A stretch of DNA of 64,000 bases, taken from assembly GCA_024763275.1 (NCBI GenBank), contig JANTFT010000004.1:25774-89773 (forward strand). Reading direction: 5' to 3'. Source of the stretch: Anaerolineales bacterium (GTDB lineage: Bacteria > Chloroflexota > Anaerolineae > Anaerolineales > UBA11858). Numbering within the stretch: the first letter of the stretch is position 1; each line of letters begins with the position of its first letter. Position numbers and translations under genes: made by a program. A model generated the notes under the pieces. The model worked only from the letters and a program-made list of their open reading frames with translations, made no database searches and was not told the DNA's origin. Below, one piece after another: positions 47,131 to 56,733 of the stretch.

Positions 47131-47754
47131 ATGAGGTCTACTGTGATCTTGATCGGCCCGATGAGCACGGGAAAAAGCACTCTGGCCAAGATGCTGGCTA
47201 AAAAGCTGGGTGTGCCGCGCATCGAGCTGGACGAGGTCCGGCAGCGGTTTTACCAGGAGATTGGCTACAACGAGAAATATGCCTCAGAGATTGTTGGCAG
47301 GGAGGGCATGATGGGCTTGATCGATTACTGGAAGCCCTTTGAGGCTCATGCTGTGGAGCGCGCCCTGGAAGTTTACAGGGATTGTGTGATGGATTTCGGG
47401 GCCGGACATTCCGTCTATCAGGACAAAGAGCTCTTCCGCCGGGTGGAACAGGCTCTCCGGCCTTATAAGTTTGTGGTCCTGATCCTGCCCTCCCCGGACC
47501 TGGACCGTTCGGTGGAGATCGTCAACCGGCGCTTTTCAGAGCTGCAGCTTAATGAGGTGGGAAAGATAGATCCTGAGCTGCTGGAATTGAACGAGCATTT
47601 CGTCCGCCATCCTTCTAATCACCTGCTTGCCAAACAAACCTTCTATACCGAGGGCCAGTCAGCTAAAAAGACCTGCCAGGCCATCCTGGATTGGATCGAA
47701 AGCCAGGGAGGGCTTGGTAAATCCACACATTACAGCCAGCTGGAGATGTTTTAG
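47131..47754 (+). CDS. P-loop NTPase (shikimate-kinase-like/AAA_33)
   Basis: Walker A LIGPMSTGKST at the N-terminus when started at the ATG at 47131. Confidence 0.6.
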   Translation: MRSTVILIGPMSTGKSTLAKMLAKKLGVPRIELDEVRQRFYQEIGYNEKYASEIVGREGMMGLIDYWKPFEAHAVERALEVYRDCVMDFGAGHSVYQDKELFRRVEQALRPYKFVVLILPSPDLDRSVEIVNRRFSELQLNEVGKIDPELLELNEHFVRHPSNHLLAKQTFYTEGQSAKKTCQAILDWIESQGGLGKSTHYSQLEMF

Positions 47755-47845
47755 GCGGTCTGTAAGTTCCCCGATCAAACTAATAAAACAGGCAGAGCGT
47801 TATTCAGGAACTCCCCCCTTTTTTTATCCGGGGAGTACAACCCCG

Positions 47846-49033
47846 TTACCTTCTCCGGGCTGCTTCGCGGTTCCGGGGTTTTCTTTTATTCGGCTGATAT
47901 TCCGGTTTAGGGATCGTGTAATCAAAATCGGGAATTGTTTTCCTAGGCAGCTTTTGGTTCATGATCTTCTCGATCTTCTTTACCAGAGGCTGGTCGGCGG
48001 GAGTCATGAACGTGAATGCTTCGCCGGTGTGCTGGGCTCTTCCGGTCCGGCCAATTCGATGGATGTAGGCATCCGCTGTGTCGGGCATGTCGAAGTTGAT
48101 CACATGGGAAATGCCGTCAATGTCCAATCCCCGGGCTGCGATATCCGTCGCCACCATGATCTGGTACCTGCCTTCTTTAAACCCTTTCAAGGCTGCCCGG
48201 CGCTGGCCCTGGGTGCGGTCACCGTGCAAGCTGGTTGCTTTATAGCTGGTGCGCTTGATCTTCTTAAGTAAATTCATGGCCCGGTGTTTTGTCCGGGTGA
48301 AGATCAAGATCGATTTTGTGTCTGTCTGTTCGAGCAGTTTAAGCAGCAGCCTGTTTTTTAAGTGGTGGGGAACAGGGTACAGGGTGTGTTCAACCGTGTG
48401 AGCGGGGCGAACAGCGCCTATGGATACCCGTTCTGGATGCTGGGTGATCTGGGCCGCCAGCTGGTGGACTTCAGCCGGGAAGGTGGCAGAAAACAGCATC
48501 GTTTGCCGTTTCCCGGGCACATGCCGGAGAATTCGCTTGATATCCGGTAAAAACCCCATGTCCAGCATTCGGTCAGCCTCATCCAGGACCAGGACCTCGA
48601 TATTACTTAAATTGGCGATCCGGTTGCGGATATGATCCAGCAGCCGGCCTGGGCAGGCAACAATAATTTCCACACCCCGGTTCAGAGCTTCGATTTGGGG
48701 AGCGGGACCAACCCCGCCGTAGACCGTGGCACTGCGGATACTGGTTCCGTAGCTCAATTGCCCGATGGTCTGGTGGATCTGCTCGGCTAATTCCCGGGTG
48801 GGCGTGATGATCAAAGCCCGGGTTCCCTTCCCGGGAGAGTTGAGCAGTCTCTGGAGAATAGGCAGGACAAAAGCGGCGGTTTTCCCCGTTCCTGTCTGCG
48901 CTGTGCCGATCAGGTCCCGGCCTGCTGTACCAAACGGGATGGCTGTGGTCTGAATGGGAGTGGGTTCATAGTAGCCAGCCCGGCGAACAGCTGTATATAA
49001 ACGCGTGTCAAGATTGAACTGGGTGAAGTCCAT
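47846..49033 (-). CDS. DEAD-box ATP-dependent RNA helicase
   Basis: 395 aa. Q motif, AQTGTGKT, PTRELA, DEAD, SAT, HRIGRTGR, and a basic C-terminal tail. Confidence 0.92.
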   Translation of the reverse strand: MDFTQFNLDTRLYTAVRRAGYYEPTPIQTTAIPFGTAGRDLIGTAQTGTGKTAAFVLPILQRLLNSPGKGTRALIITPTRELAEQIHQTIGQLSYGTSIRSATVYGGVGPAPQIEALNRGVEIIVACPGRLLDHIRNRIANLSNIEVLVLDEADRMLDMGFLPDIKRILRHVPGKRQTMLFSATFPAEVHQLAAQITQHPERVSIGAVRPAHTVEHTLYPVPHHLKNRLLLKLLEQTDTKSILIFTRTKHRAMNLLKKIKRTSYKATSLHGDRTQGQRRAALKGFKEGRYQIMVATDIAARGLDIDGISHVINFDMPDTADAYIHRIGRTGRAQHTGEAFTFMTPADQPLVKKIEKIMNQKLPRKTIPDFDYTIPKPEYQPNKRKPRNREAARRR

Positions 49034-49283
49034 AATTCATAAATCCTTGATATTCATTTTTGTTCAGGTTACCAGGGGAATCAAGCAGCGTTGAAACAAA
49101 ACGGTACCGACTGCCAAGGAGTAACTAACTGATACTACCTGAAAACAGTCGTTTGTCAAGCTAAGCTGCTTCCGGGTGAGCATTACGCTGGCTCGTTTGA
49201 TCTCATGTCAGACTGGGTTTTTAGGGGAGGAAAGGCTATAATCGAGAATTACAGCCGGATTGTTTCCAGGAAGGAGAATTTTC

Positions 49284-49967
49284 ATGACTTTCTACTTTTC
49301 TTCGGATCTGATCATCAAGCTTGCTTTCGCGACCCTGCTGGGAGGTATTCTGGGTCTGGAGCGTGAAATTCACGGCCGGCCCGCCGGCCTGCGCACCCAT
49401 CTGCTGGTCAGCCTTGGCGCGGCGTCATTCATGATCATGTCTCCCCTGGTCGCCAATATGAGCCAGAGGTTCGCCGGGGACCCCGGCCGCATCGCGGCCC
49501 AAATAGTCACCGGGATTGGCTTCCTGGGTGCTGGCGCTATTGTCAAAGAGGGGATCAATATCCGGGGACTGACGACCGCCGCCTGCCTCTGGATCGCCGC
49601 CGCGATCGGTATGGCCAGCGGGGCTGGCCTTTTTACAGAGGCGTTGTTAATCTGTATCCTGGCGATTTTCGCGCTGGTTGCCCTGCCGTTCACCGAGGTG
49701 ATTTTCAAGAAACATTCCTACCGGATCCTGGAAATTGCCCTTCCTCTTGATGCGGATGTGAGTTCGATTATTGACGCGGTGAAATCCAGGAATGTGCGGG
49801 TCATCCGTTGTGATCTGGACCGTGATTACACCAGCGGAACGTTAAAGACAACCTTACTGATCCGCCTGTATCACAGGGGGGTGACTGACAAGCAGGCCCA
49901 TAAGATCATCGGAGAGATCGAGGCCCTGGACCTGTCACCCAGACAGATCGTCTGGCGACCCCGCTAA
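49284..49967 (+). CDS. MgtC/SapB-family membrane protein
   Basis: GLEREIHGRPAGLRTH signature. The ATG at 49284 follows GGAAGGAG. Confidence 0.85.
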   Translation: MTFYFSSDLIIKLAFATLLGGILGLEREIHGRPAGLRTHLLVSLGAASFMIMSPLVANMSQRFAGDPGRIAAQIVTGIGFLGAGAIVKEGINIRGLTTAACLWIAAAIGMASGAGLFTEALLICILAIFALVALPFTEVIFKKHSYRILEIALPLDADVSSIIDAVKSRNVRVIRCDLDRDYTSGTLKTTLLIRLYHRGVTDKQAHKIIGEIEALDLSPRQIVWRPR

Positions 49968-50120
49968 AGGGGACCGGGTACAAATTCGGCATAGTATATT
50001 ATTGTGTCAGGTAATCGGAAACTAAAGCTGGAACTGTCATCAACAGTTCCGGCTTGAACTTTAAACTTTTTCCTGGATTTCACTGTAACTTTATTGCTGA
50101 ACAATCCGGGAAGGCTACTT

Positions 50121-50888
50121 ATGGATCAACAACCTGGTGGGATATTTTCCCGTATCACCGCATCTGGTCTGGTGAAAGCCCTTGGTGTCTACTCCATCCT
50201 GGCGATGGGCTTGATTTCTTTGGTGACACTTTCCTCAGATGCTGGCCCCGATCAAAAAGCCATCATCAAAATGGCCCTGGGGCTGATCCTGGTGTGGGGC
50301 ATTATGGGCGGCTGGCTGATGACCCGTTTCAGGGGACCCATCCGGGATCTAGTGCTGGGAATCCCCCTGCCTTGGTGGTTGAAATTCCCCCTGTTCTGTA
50401 CGCTCCTGGCTCTGCTGGAAGAAGCGGTCGCGGTCTCCCTGACCAATCTGGCCCCTGTCCTGGGTTCGGAGGTGGGAAAGGCCGCAATCACCGCTTCGGC
50501 CAACTACCTGCACACAGTGCTCTTTCACAGCGTGATCGTTTTCATTCCCATGTTCCTGGCCTGGACTGTGCTGCTGCGTTTCTACGATTTTCCTCCCCTT
50601 CATGTATTCCTGCTCTTTGGTTTGACTGGATCCCTGGCTGAGATGAGCATGAGTCCATCCAACATCCTGGGGGGCTTTTGGTTCTTTGTCTACGGTTTGA
50701 TGGTGTATCTGCCGGCCTACTCACTGCCTCGGGATAGGGGCGCAAGGCAGCCCAGGTGGTGGGTCTACCCCCTGGCTGTGGCTCTGCCGCTGTTTTCTCC
50801 TATTCTGCTCTTGCCACTCACCCCCGCCCTCAGATATCTCTGGCAGGTGCTTGATCCGACCTTTTTTGTGGACTCAGCCTGGGATTGA
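50121..50888 (+). CDS. hypothetical integral membrane protein
   Basis: About 255 aa with 6-7 hydrophobic helices. No recognised family. Start uncertain (TTG at 50094 or ATG at 50121). Confidence 0.5.
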   Translation: MDQQPGGIFSRITASGLVKALGVYSILAMGLISLVTLSSDAGPDQKAIIKMALGLILVWGIMGGWLMTRFRGPIRDLVLGIPLPWWLKFPLFCTLLALLEEAVAVSLTNLAPVLGSEVGKAAITASANYLHTVLFHSVIVFIPMFLAWTVLLRFYDFPPLHVFLLFGLTGSLAEMSMSPSNILGGFWFFVYGLMVYLPAYSLPRDRGARQPRWWVYPLAVALPLFSPILLLPLTPALRYLWQVLDPTFFVDSAWD

Positions 50889-50999
50889 TCGTATAGGGCT
50901 GGCCCTTATCTTAGACTGCTCGCTTTTAGGGATCAATGCTTTTGGAAAGGATATACTTAAAGCTGGGAGAAGGCCAGTGGTTTTTCTATGAGGTGGAGA

Positions 51000-51800
51000 A
51001 TGCCGTATTTCAATGCTGGTGAGGTCGAACTTTATTACGAACGAACGGGGGAAGGAGAGCCGCTCTTATTGATCCATGGCTTGGGTTCCAGCAGCAGGGA
51101 TTGGGAGCTGCAGGTGCCAGATTTTGCCGGGCATTTTCAGGTGATTTGCGTGGATCTGCGCGGCCACGGCCGGTCCAGCAAACCATCCGGACCGTACAGT
51201 ATGGAGGTCTTTGCCGGGGATGTTTCCCGGCTGCTGGAAGGCCTGGGAACCGGCCCGGCTCATGCGGTCGGCATCTCGCTGGGAGGGATGGTGGCTTTCC
51301 AGCTGGCCCTTGATCATCCCCGCCAGGTGAGAAAACTGGTCATAGTCAACAGCGTGGCGGAGCTGGTCCCCCACAACCTGGCTGACCGCCTGGGCTTCTG
51401 GCAGCGCTTATTGATCGTCCGCTTGCTGGGAATGGAAAAAATGGGGCAGGTGCTGGCGGAACGCTTTCTTCCCAAGCCTGATCAGGAGGCCCTGCGTGAG
51501 GTGTTCATCCGCCGCTGGGCGGAAAACCACGTGCCCTCTTACCTGGCTTCCCTGAAAGCCGCTTACGGCTGGAGCGTGATCGGGAGGTTGGGTGAGATCC
51601 GGTCACACACCCTGGTGCTGGGATCCGATGGTGATTATTTCCCCACTTCGCAAAAAGAAGCCTATACTGCCCTGATCCCCAATGCCACCCTGACGGTTAT
51701 CAAGAACAGCCGCCACGCCCTGCCGGCGGAAAAACCTGCCGAATTCAACCGGATCGTGCTGGATTTTTTAACCGCCAGCCCCGGAGATGATCCGGGTTAG
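51000..51800 (+). CDS. alpha/beta-fold hydrolase
   Basis: LLLIHGLGSS, nucleophile elbow GISLGG, and a C-terminal His region. The ATG at 51000 follows GAGGTGGAGA. Confidence 0.85.
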   Translation: MPYFNAGEVELYYERTGEGEPLLLIHGLGSSSRDWELQVPDFAGHFQVICVDLRGHGRSSKPSGPYSMEVFAGDVSRLLEGLGTGPAHAVGISLGGMVAFQLALDHPRQVRKLVIVNSVAELVPHNLADRLGFWQRLLIVRLLGMEKMGQVLAERFLPKPDQEALREVFIRRWAENHVPSYLASLKAAYGWSVIGRLGEIRSHTLVLGSDGDYFPTSQKEAYTALIPNATLTVIKNSRHALPAEKPAEFNRIVLDFLTASPGDDPG

Positions 51801-51807
51801 TCCAGAT

Positions 51808-52503
51808 TTATATATAGACCCGTTCAATCCCCTGAATATATTTTGAGCTCCGCGTCATCCGGAAAGGGAAGCCGGAGCTGACCCGGTTCGCCCGGGTATC
51901 ATATTCCCGGTCGTATTTCAGCTCAACCACGATGCTCTGCCGGTCAGCCTGCCTGAACAGGAACTGATTGTCGATTTTATTGAGATGGTAAAAAGTCAGC
52001 CCCGCATCTACTGTAATCCTGAATGCCCGGTCAGGCGTGGCGAAATACCAGCGCAGGTAGCGGTTTACCAGCACTGGCTCGACCGCCATCAGGTAATCGG
52101 CCACCTGATGGGGCAGGTCTGAGGATTGGATCCCCTCTTTGAGGGAAGATTCCGAAAAGCCGTTCTGGAAATCGAAAGCCGGAAAGGGATAGCTTGTCTT
52201 TGTGCCCATCAGGCCTTCTTTGGTTTTGAACTCCAGCATGGAGGAGTCCACCGGCCCGAACAGCTCATGGTACCAGCGGATCCGGGCTTTTTTGCGCAGG
52301 GGTGATCCGTTGACATTGTCAGTGTAGTTCTCTAAGAGGGGAGTGTCAAAGTAGATGTTGTTGATGTAGCGGGGAGGATAGATCTCTGAGAAGAGGGCAG
52401 GATGGCGCTTGACCAGGCTGATCGCCTGTTCAGCGTCCAGCTCGTCGACGAAGAACTTCCTTTCGTAGCGGTACTCGCGCTGGGGCTCTAGTTCTGGCGC
52501 CAT
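51808..52503 (-). CDS. VTC-domain (triphosphate-tunnel, polyphosphate-polymerase-like) protein
   Basis: N-terminal REYRYERKF beta-strand motif typical of CYTH/VTC tunnel enzymes. The ATG at 52503 follows AAGGGAG. Confidence 0.75.
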   Translation of the reverse strand: MAPELEPQREYRYERKFFVDELDAEQAISLVKRHPALFSEIYPPRYINNIYFDTPLLENYTDNVNGSPLRKKARIRWYHELFGPVDSSMLEFKTKEGLMGTKTSYPFPAFDFQNGFSESSLKEGIQSSDLPHQVADYLMAVEPVLVNRYLRWYFATPDRAFRITVDAGLTFYHLNKIDNQFLFRQADRQSIVVELKYDREYDTRANRVSSGFPFRMTRSSKYIQGIERVYI

Positions 52504-52513
52504 GGGGGCTCCC

Positions 52514-53869
52514 TTACCAGACTCCCTTGTTGTCAAGGAAGGAGATCTGCAGGTCATCTGACAGGCCTTGCAGCGCAGCTTTGGCCTGTTTAAGTTGCTT
52601 CATGTCCCGGAATTCAGCCAGGAAGGAGATTTCCTGGGCCTGGCTGGTCTCGTCAAAACGGATCAGCTTCATCTGGGCGCAGTTTTCCTGGAGGGTGTCC
52701 ACGACAGACTCGAAATCGGCTTTGCCTGTTCCTGAGCTGGAGACGGTGATATGCAGGTTAAAATCAGCCTGACGCCCCCGGAAAAGGCGCAGGATGCCCA
52801 GCACCAGGATGGCCGCCGCCAGGGCGATCACCGTGATCATCCGCTGGTTGTCTCCCAGACCGATCCCGATGGCGATGGCGAAGAACAGATATGCCAGCTC
52901 CTCCGGTTCCTTGACCGCGGATCGGAAGCGCACGATTGACAGCGCTCCTACCAGGCCGAGGGAAAGAGCTACTGAGGAGCGGACCACCATGATGATGAAA
53001 GTTGTGGTCACAGTGATCAGGATGAAGTTGGCGGCGAAGCGCCTGCGGTTGGAGAGGGAAGAGCCCCAGTGCACATAGACCCGGCTGAGGATATAGGAAA
53101 GCACCGCGGATAAACCCAGGTTGATCAGCAGTGTGGTTAAGTCGGTAGGACTGACCTGAGAGGTGGTCAGCTCTGAGATCAGGTCCTGGGCGGTGATTCG
53201 CCCATCCCCGGCGGCTTCCGGAGTGGGCTCGGCCGGAGGTTCTTCCTCCACTGCTAGTGGGAGCTCCGCACCTTGAGCTGCTCTCTCCTCAGGAGGAGTC
53301 AGTCCGCTGATCACCAGGTTGTCCAAGGAAGCGGTCCCTTCCCCCTCCACCCAGAAGCCGATCCCTGATCCGCGCAGGACGGTTTCCTCCTGAGTGGTGA
53401 TCAGCACGCTGTCGCCGATGGAGATCTGCTGGCCGTCGGTGTTCAGTTTAACTGTGACTGTTTGCCACTCGCTGGAACTCCCCTCCCAGGGGCTTTCTTG
53501 CAGCAGGGTGGGGGGGCCTTCCCCTCCTTTCTGCAGCACCACCCCCTCATCATGGATGATCAGGGCGTATTCACCGTCGGGACTGATAGCGTAGCGGACG
53601 ATGATCGCCCCGGGTCCGGAGCGCTTGAAATCAAAGGAGATCGATGTGCCTGGAGGTCCTGTAAAGCGGACCGCGAAATTATCGGGAGGTACCTGCAGGG
53701 CTCCTTCTGAGACGAAAACACCTTCGGAGTGGTCCCACCCCTGGAGGGACTCGTTGTCGAAGCTCTCTCTGATCTCATCTGCCTGGGCTGAAACCAGCTG
53801 CGTAGAGCTGGTGGCTACCAGCAGGATTCCGATGATCGCCGCCAGATATTTGATGCGATTTACTTTCAT
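52514..53869 (-). CDS. DUF4956-domain membrane protein with N-terminal extracytoplasmic lectin-like domain
   Basis: Signal peptide. A roughly 200-aa beta-rich domain (FDNESLQGWDHSEG...). DUF4956 core SLGLVGALSIVRFRSAVKEPEELAYLFFAIAIGIGLG. The ATG at 53869 follows GGAGGAG. Confidence 0.75.
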   Translation of the reverse strand: MKVNRIKYLAAIIGILLVATSSTQLVSAQADEIRESFDNESLQGWDHSEGVFVSEGALQVPPDNFAVRFTGPPGTSISFDFKRSGPGAIIVRYAISPDGEYALIIHDEGVVLQKGGEGPPTLLQESPWEGSSSEWQTVTVKLNTDGQQISIGDSVLITTQEETVLRGSGIGFWVEGEGTASLDNLVISGLTPPEERAAQGAELPLAVEEEPPAEPTPEAAGDGRITAQDLISELTTSQVSPTDLTTLLINLGLSAVLSYILSRVYVHWGSSLSNRRRFAANFILITVTTTFIIMVVRSSVALSLGLVGALSIVRFRSAVKEPEELAYLFFAIAIGIGLGDNQRMITVIALAAAILVLGILRLFRGRQADFNLHITVSSSGTGKADFESVVDTLQENCAQMKLIRFDETSQAQEISFLAEFRDMKQLKQAKAALQGLSDDLQISFLDNKGVW

Positions 53870-53903
53870 AAAGCTCCTCCGGGTTGTAAATGACATGAGC
53901 AGG

Positions 53904-55574
53904 TTACTTGATACCTGAATCCAGAACCCCGGAAACGTAATCCGCTCTTCTGGAGGTCAGTTGGATCAGCTCGTTCACTGCCTGGTCGAATTCTTCCAGG
54001 GAAGCCACCGCATCCTCCCCGAAGAACATCTTGTCTCCCTGACCGGCCTGGAGATGAGGGCGCAGCATCCTGGCCCAGCGGCGGGCAATTCCGCCGATAT
54101 TCCGGGCATTGAAATAATTGCGGACCAGCAGATCCACATAAGCCAGATAGGTCTGCCGGTATCTGGGGACCTCAAAGACCTTGGTAAACAGGGGCCGGTA
54201 TTGAAGCGGTCCCAGGCTGGTCTCTGTCCCGAACAGGGGATAGTTGTAATCGCCCCCGAAATGCCCCCAGGAGTTCCCCATATCCCAGGCGATCCATTCA
54301 AAGCGATCACTGCCCGGATTATGGTAGAGATAGTAGTTGTTGCCGGTATCGGGATACTGATCGAAGTTCAGGGTCAGGAAGATCACTGCCAGGTAGCGGA
54401 GGTAAGAATCGACGTTGAAGACCTCTTCCAGGGCAGTTGCGAACTCTTCCGGAGAATCATACTCGGCGCCGTCGATCACGTAACAGAGATCGATGATATC
54501 CTGGTAATCCGCCTTTGAGGGATCCTTGTACATCAGGGCATAAGCCAGTTCCCCGCGTGGTTTGGGGTAGTTTTCGATATCCTCACCGTAATAAGCCAGA
54601 TCGGCAGCGCCCTCCTCGAACCAGGCATCCGCCTTGTAGAGATTTCCCCGATCGTTGGCGGGTCCGAAGCGGTTGGCAAGGTATTTTGTATCCGGCCGCT
54701 CGACCAGGGTATAGACGCCCAGGAAGTCAGCCGGGGCGCTCTCATCCACGATATCCACCCAGACCTCCACGAAAGAGGTGAATCCTCCGTTCGCGCCCGC
54801 AAAGCGCATCATATCGTAAGCCATCTTTTCGCGCAGCAGCGAGATATCGCCGAAATTGTTGTGCAGGAGCAGCATCTTCAGGTTCTTGTATTCCTGCTCC
54901 GAGTGATAGGCGTTGAGATCGATCTTCAGGGGGATCTTGGCAGTAAAACCGATGGTTGAGTTTCCCTTGGGGCTGATGCCGACCTCCTGGAATTCCTCCC
55001 CGAAGATCAGGACGTCGGCTGGGACGAGCCGTTTTGCCATTGGGTCAGCCATCATTTTGTCCCAGTTGGATTGAGTCATCTGGATTTCGATTTTCCGGAT
55101 CCGCTGGTTGTCAAAGACCGTCCAGTAGTCCACGCTGCTGGAAGCGGGGTGTTTCACGGTCACAGAGGTGTGGGCGATAGCGGTTTGGCCCCGGGCATCC
55201 GTAGCCCGTACGCTGATGATGTAGGTCCTGGGTTTGGTGTAGACATAACTGGCGTAACCGCCATTTTCCGTGGCGTCGGTTTCAAAAGAGCCATTCCCGT
55301 CCAGGTCCCATTCCAGACGGGAGATCTCGCTCCCCCCGCCGCCGGTTCCGTAAGCGCTGAAGAAGACCTTGAGTGGTGCCCAGCCGCGGTTGGGCATGGC
55401 GTAGGCGTAGGCTTCCAGATCCACCTGGAGAGACTCTTCCGGGAGGAGCGGGCTCCTCGCCTGGGCGATACCCCACAGGGCAGCAGACAGGCAGAACAGG
55501 GTGATCAGGACAACTTCCAGCTTGCCGATCAGATCTTTCTGCAGGAATTCCTGCCAGGGATTGGATGAGGACAT
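53904..55574 (-). CDS. CotH-family kinase-like protein with N-terminal anchor and PKD-like domain
   Basis: 556 aa. N-terminal hydrophobic anchor, a PKD-like segment (LEWDLDGNGSFETD...YIISVRATD), and a CotH core (LLLHNNFGDISLLREKMAYDMMRFAG). Confidence 0.85.
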   Translation of the reverse strand: MSSSNPWQEFLQKDLIGKLEVVLITLFCLSAALWGIAQARSPLLPEESLQVDLEAYAYAMPNRGWAPLKVFFSAYGTGGGGSEISRLEWDLDGNGSFETDATENGGYASYVYTKPRTYIISVRATDARGQTAIAHTSVTVKHPASSSVDYWTVFDNQRIRKIEIQMTQSNWDKMMADPMAKRLVPADVLIFGEEFQEVGISPKGNSTIGFTAKIPLKIDLNAYHSEQEYKNLKMLLLHNNFGDISLLREKMAYDMMRFAGANGGFTSFVEVWVDIVDESAPADFLGVYTLVERPDTKYLANRFGPANDRGNLYKADAWFEEGAADLAYYGEDIENYPKPRGELAYALMYKDPSKADYQDIIDLCYVIDGAEYDSPEEFATALEEVFNVDSYLRYLAVIFLTLNFDQYPDTGNNYYLYHNPGSDRFEWIAWDMGNSWGHFGGDYNYPLFGTETSLGPLQYRPLFTKVFEVPRYRQTYLAYVDLLVRNYFNARNIGGIARRWARMLRPHLQAGQGDKMFFGEDAVASLEEFDQAVNELIQLTSRRADYVSGVLDSGIK

Positions 55575-55885
55575 ATTTAAGAAGCTGCTGCTGGTGGGTC
55601 AGTTCTATCTGGAATTAGTTTCATTATACATAGAAAACATCTAAAATCCGGCCTGCACAAGGGACCTGCCCCCTGAGAAGGGGGTGATTTGACCGGGATA
55701 TTTCGAGAGCTTAGAAGGTCCTTAGAGATGGGAACGCTCTTGAGGATATTTATAGTGCCAGGGACATTTGGGATGGTTGGCCTTTTGACTCCGTAGTGGG
55801 AGATTCCGCCAGATCAGCAAATCTGCTGCCTCTCAATGCTTCTTCCATTTGGATAGATTCAGGATATTTATCATATACAGCTCTG

Positions 55886-55915
55886 TTGACAGGAGCCAAA
55901 CAATCATATATGATT
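55886..55915 (+). promoter_or_regulatory. sigma70-type promoter with overlapping 14-bp perfect palindrome (candidate GntR operator)
   Basis: TTGACA (55886-55891), a 17-nt spacer, then TATGAT (55909-55914). The palindrome AATCATATATGATT lies at 55902-55915. A related half-site, TATCATATA, lies at about 55869. Confidence 0.55.
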
Positions 55916-55972
55916 AAGTCATAGGACGTCCAACCTCTAAGATTATCAGGTTTAGATCAGAACAGGGCCAGC

Positions 55973-56695
55973 ATGGCTATCTCCACAGATTCGCGATTGA
56001 ATCAGGTAAAAGCGTACATGCTCAGGTATATTGTTCAGAACAACCTCAAGAGCAATGACCAGCTGCCCTCAGAGGCAGCGACTGCCAAGGAGCTTGGAGT
56101 AAGCCGCAACACCCTCCGGGAAGCCTATATCTCTCTGGAAAATGAGGGGATCATTGTCAGAAGGCACGGGATCGGCACCTTTGTGGCCAACCCGCCTCTC
56201 ATTCAGGACTCCTTGAACGATTTTTCCCCCTTTGCCCAGATCATCCAGAGTGTCGGCTACACCCCTGATTTTAAAACCCTGTCTGTGGAACTGGTCGCTC
56301 CCGAGCCGGAGGTGAGCGAGGTGTTGAAATTGAAAAGCAGCAACCAGGTCCGCTATATCAGCCGGCTGGTTTATGCTGACCGCAAACCGGTTATTTACGT
56401 TGAGGATTTCATTCCCCCGGACGTAGATACTCAGATTGGATCCTGGGATGACTTTAAAGGCAATATGGTGGAGGTGCTGTCTTCCGCTCTCCACACCCCC
56501 TTGCACCAGATCCAGTCCCGTATCAGAGCCGGGTCGCTTTCTTCCGAGGTGAGCCATTATCTGGATCTGCCGGTGGGGGCGCCGGTATTAAGTGTCCGGT
56601 CAACTATCTTCAACAAGGAAAATCGCCCGGTCACTTTCAGCAAGCTGTGCTTTGACTCAGATGTGATCGAATTGAATATAGTCCGTATGATTTGA
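55973..56695 (+). CDS. GntR-family (HutC/UTRA subfamily) transcriptional regulator
   Basis: 240 aa. wHTH LPSEAATAKELGVSRNTLREAYISLENEGIIVRRHGIGTFV and a C-terminal UTRA-like domain. Confidence 0.9.
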   Translation: MAISTDSRLNQVKAYMLRYIVQNNLKSNDQLPSEAATAKELGVSRNTLREAYISLENEGIIVRRHGIGTFVANPPLIQDSLNDFSPFAQIIQSVGYTPDFKTLSVELVAPEPEVSEVLKLKSSNQVRYISRLVYADRKPVIYVEDFIPPDVDTQIGSWDDFKGNMVEVLSSALHTPLHQIQSRIRAGSLSSEVSHYLDLPVGAPVLSVRSTIFNKENRPVTFSKLCFDSDVIELNIVRMI

Positions 56696-56733
56696 GGTAC
56701 AGGTCCAATTTTCTACCTAGAAAGGAGAAGAAC

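Noticed and set aside
47810-47836. Hairpin ACTCCCC...GGGGAGT between the convergent P-loop NTPase and helicase genes, as a bidirectional terminator
   Set aside because: The T-run lies in the loop rather than after the stem on either strand. It is too weak to call.
49034-49283. Possible Mg2+ (M-box) riboswitch in the 250-bp region upstream of mgtC, or a long regulatory 5' UTR of the DEAD-box helicase
   Set aside because: I could not identify conserved M-box helices or any convincing terminator/antiterminator pair by eye. A covariance-model scan (RF00380) would be needed.
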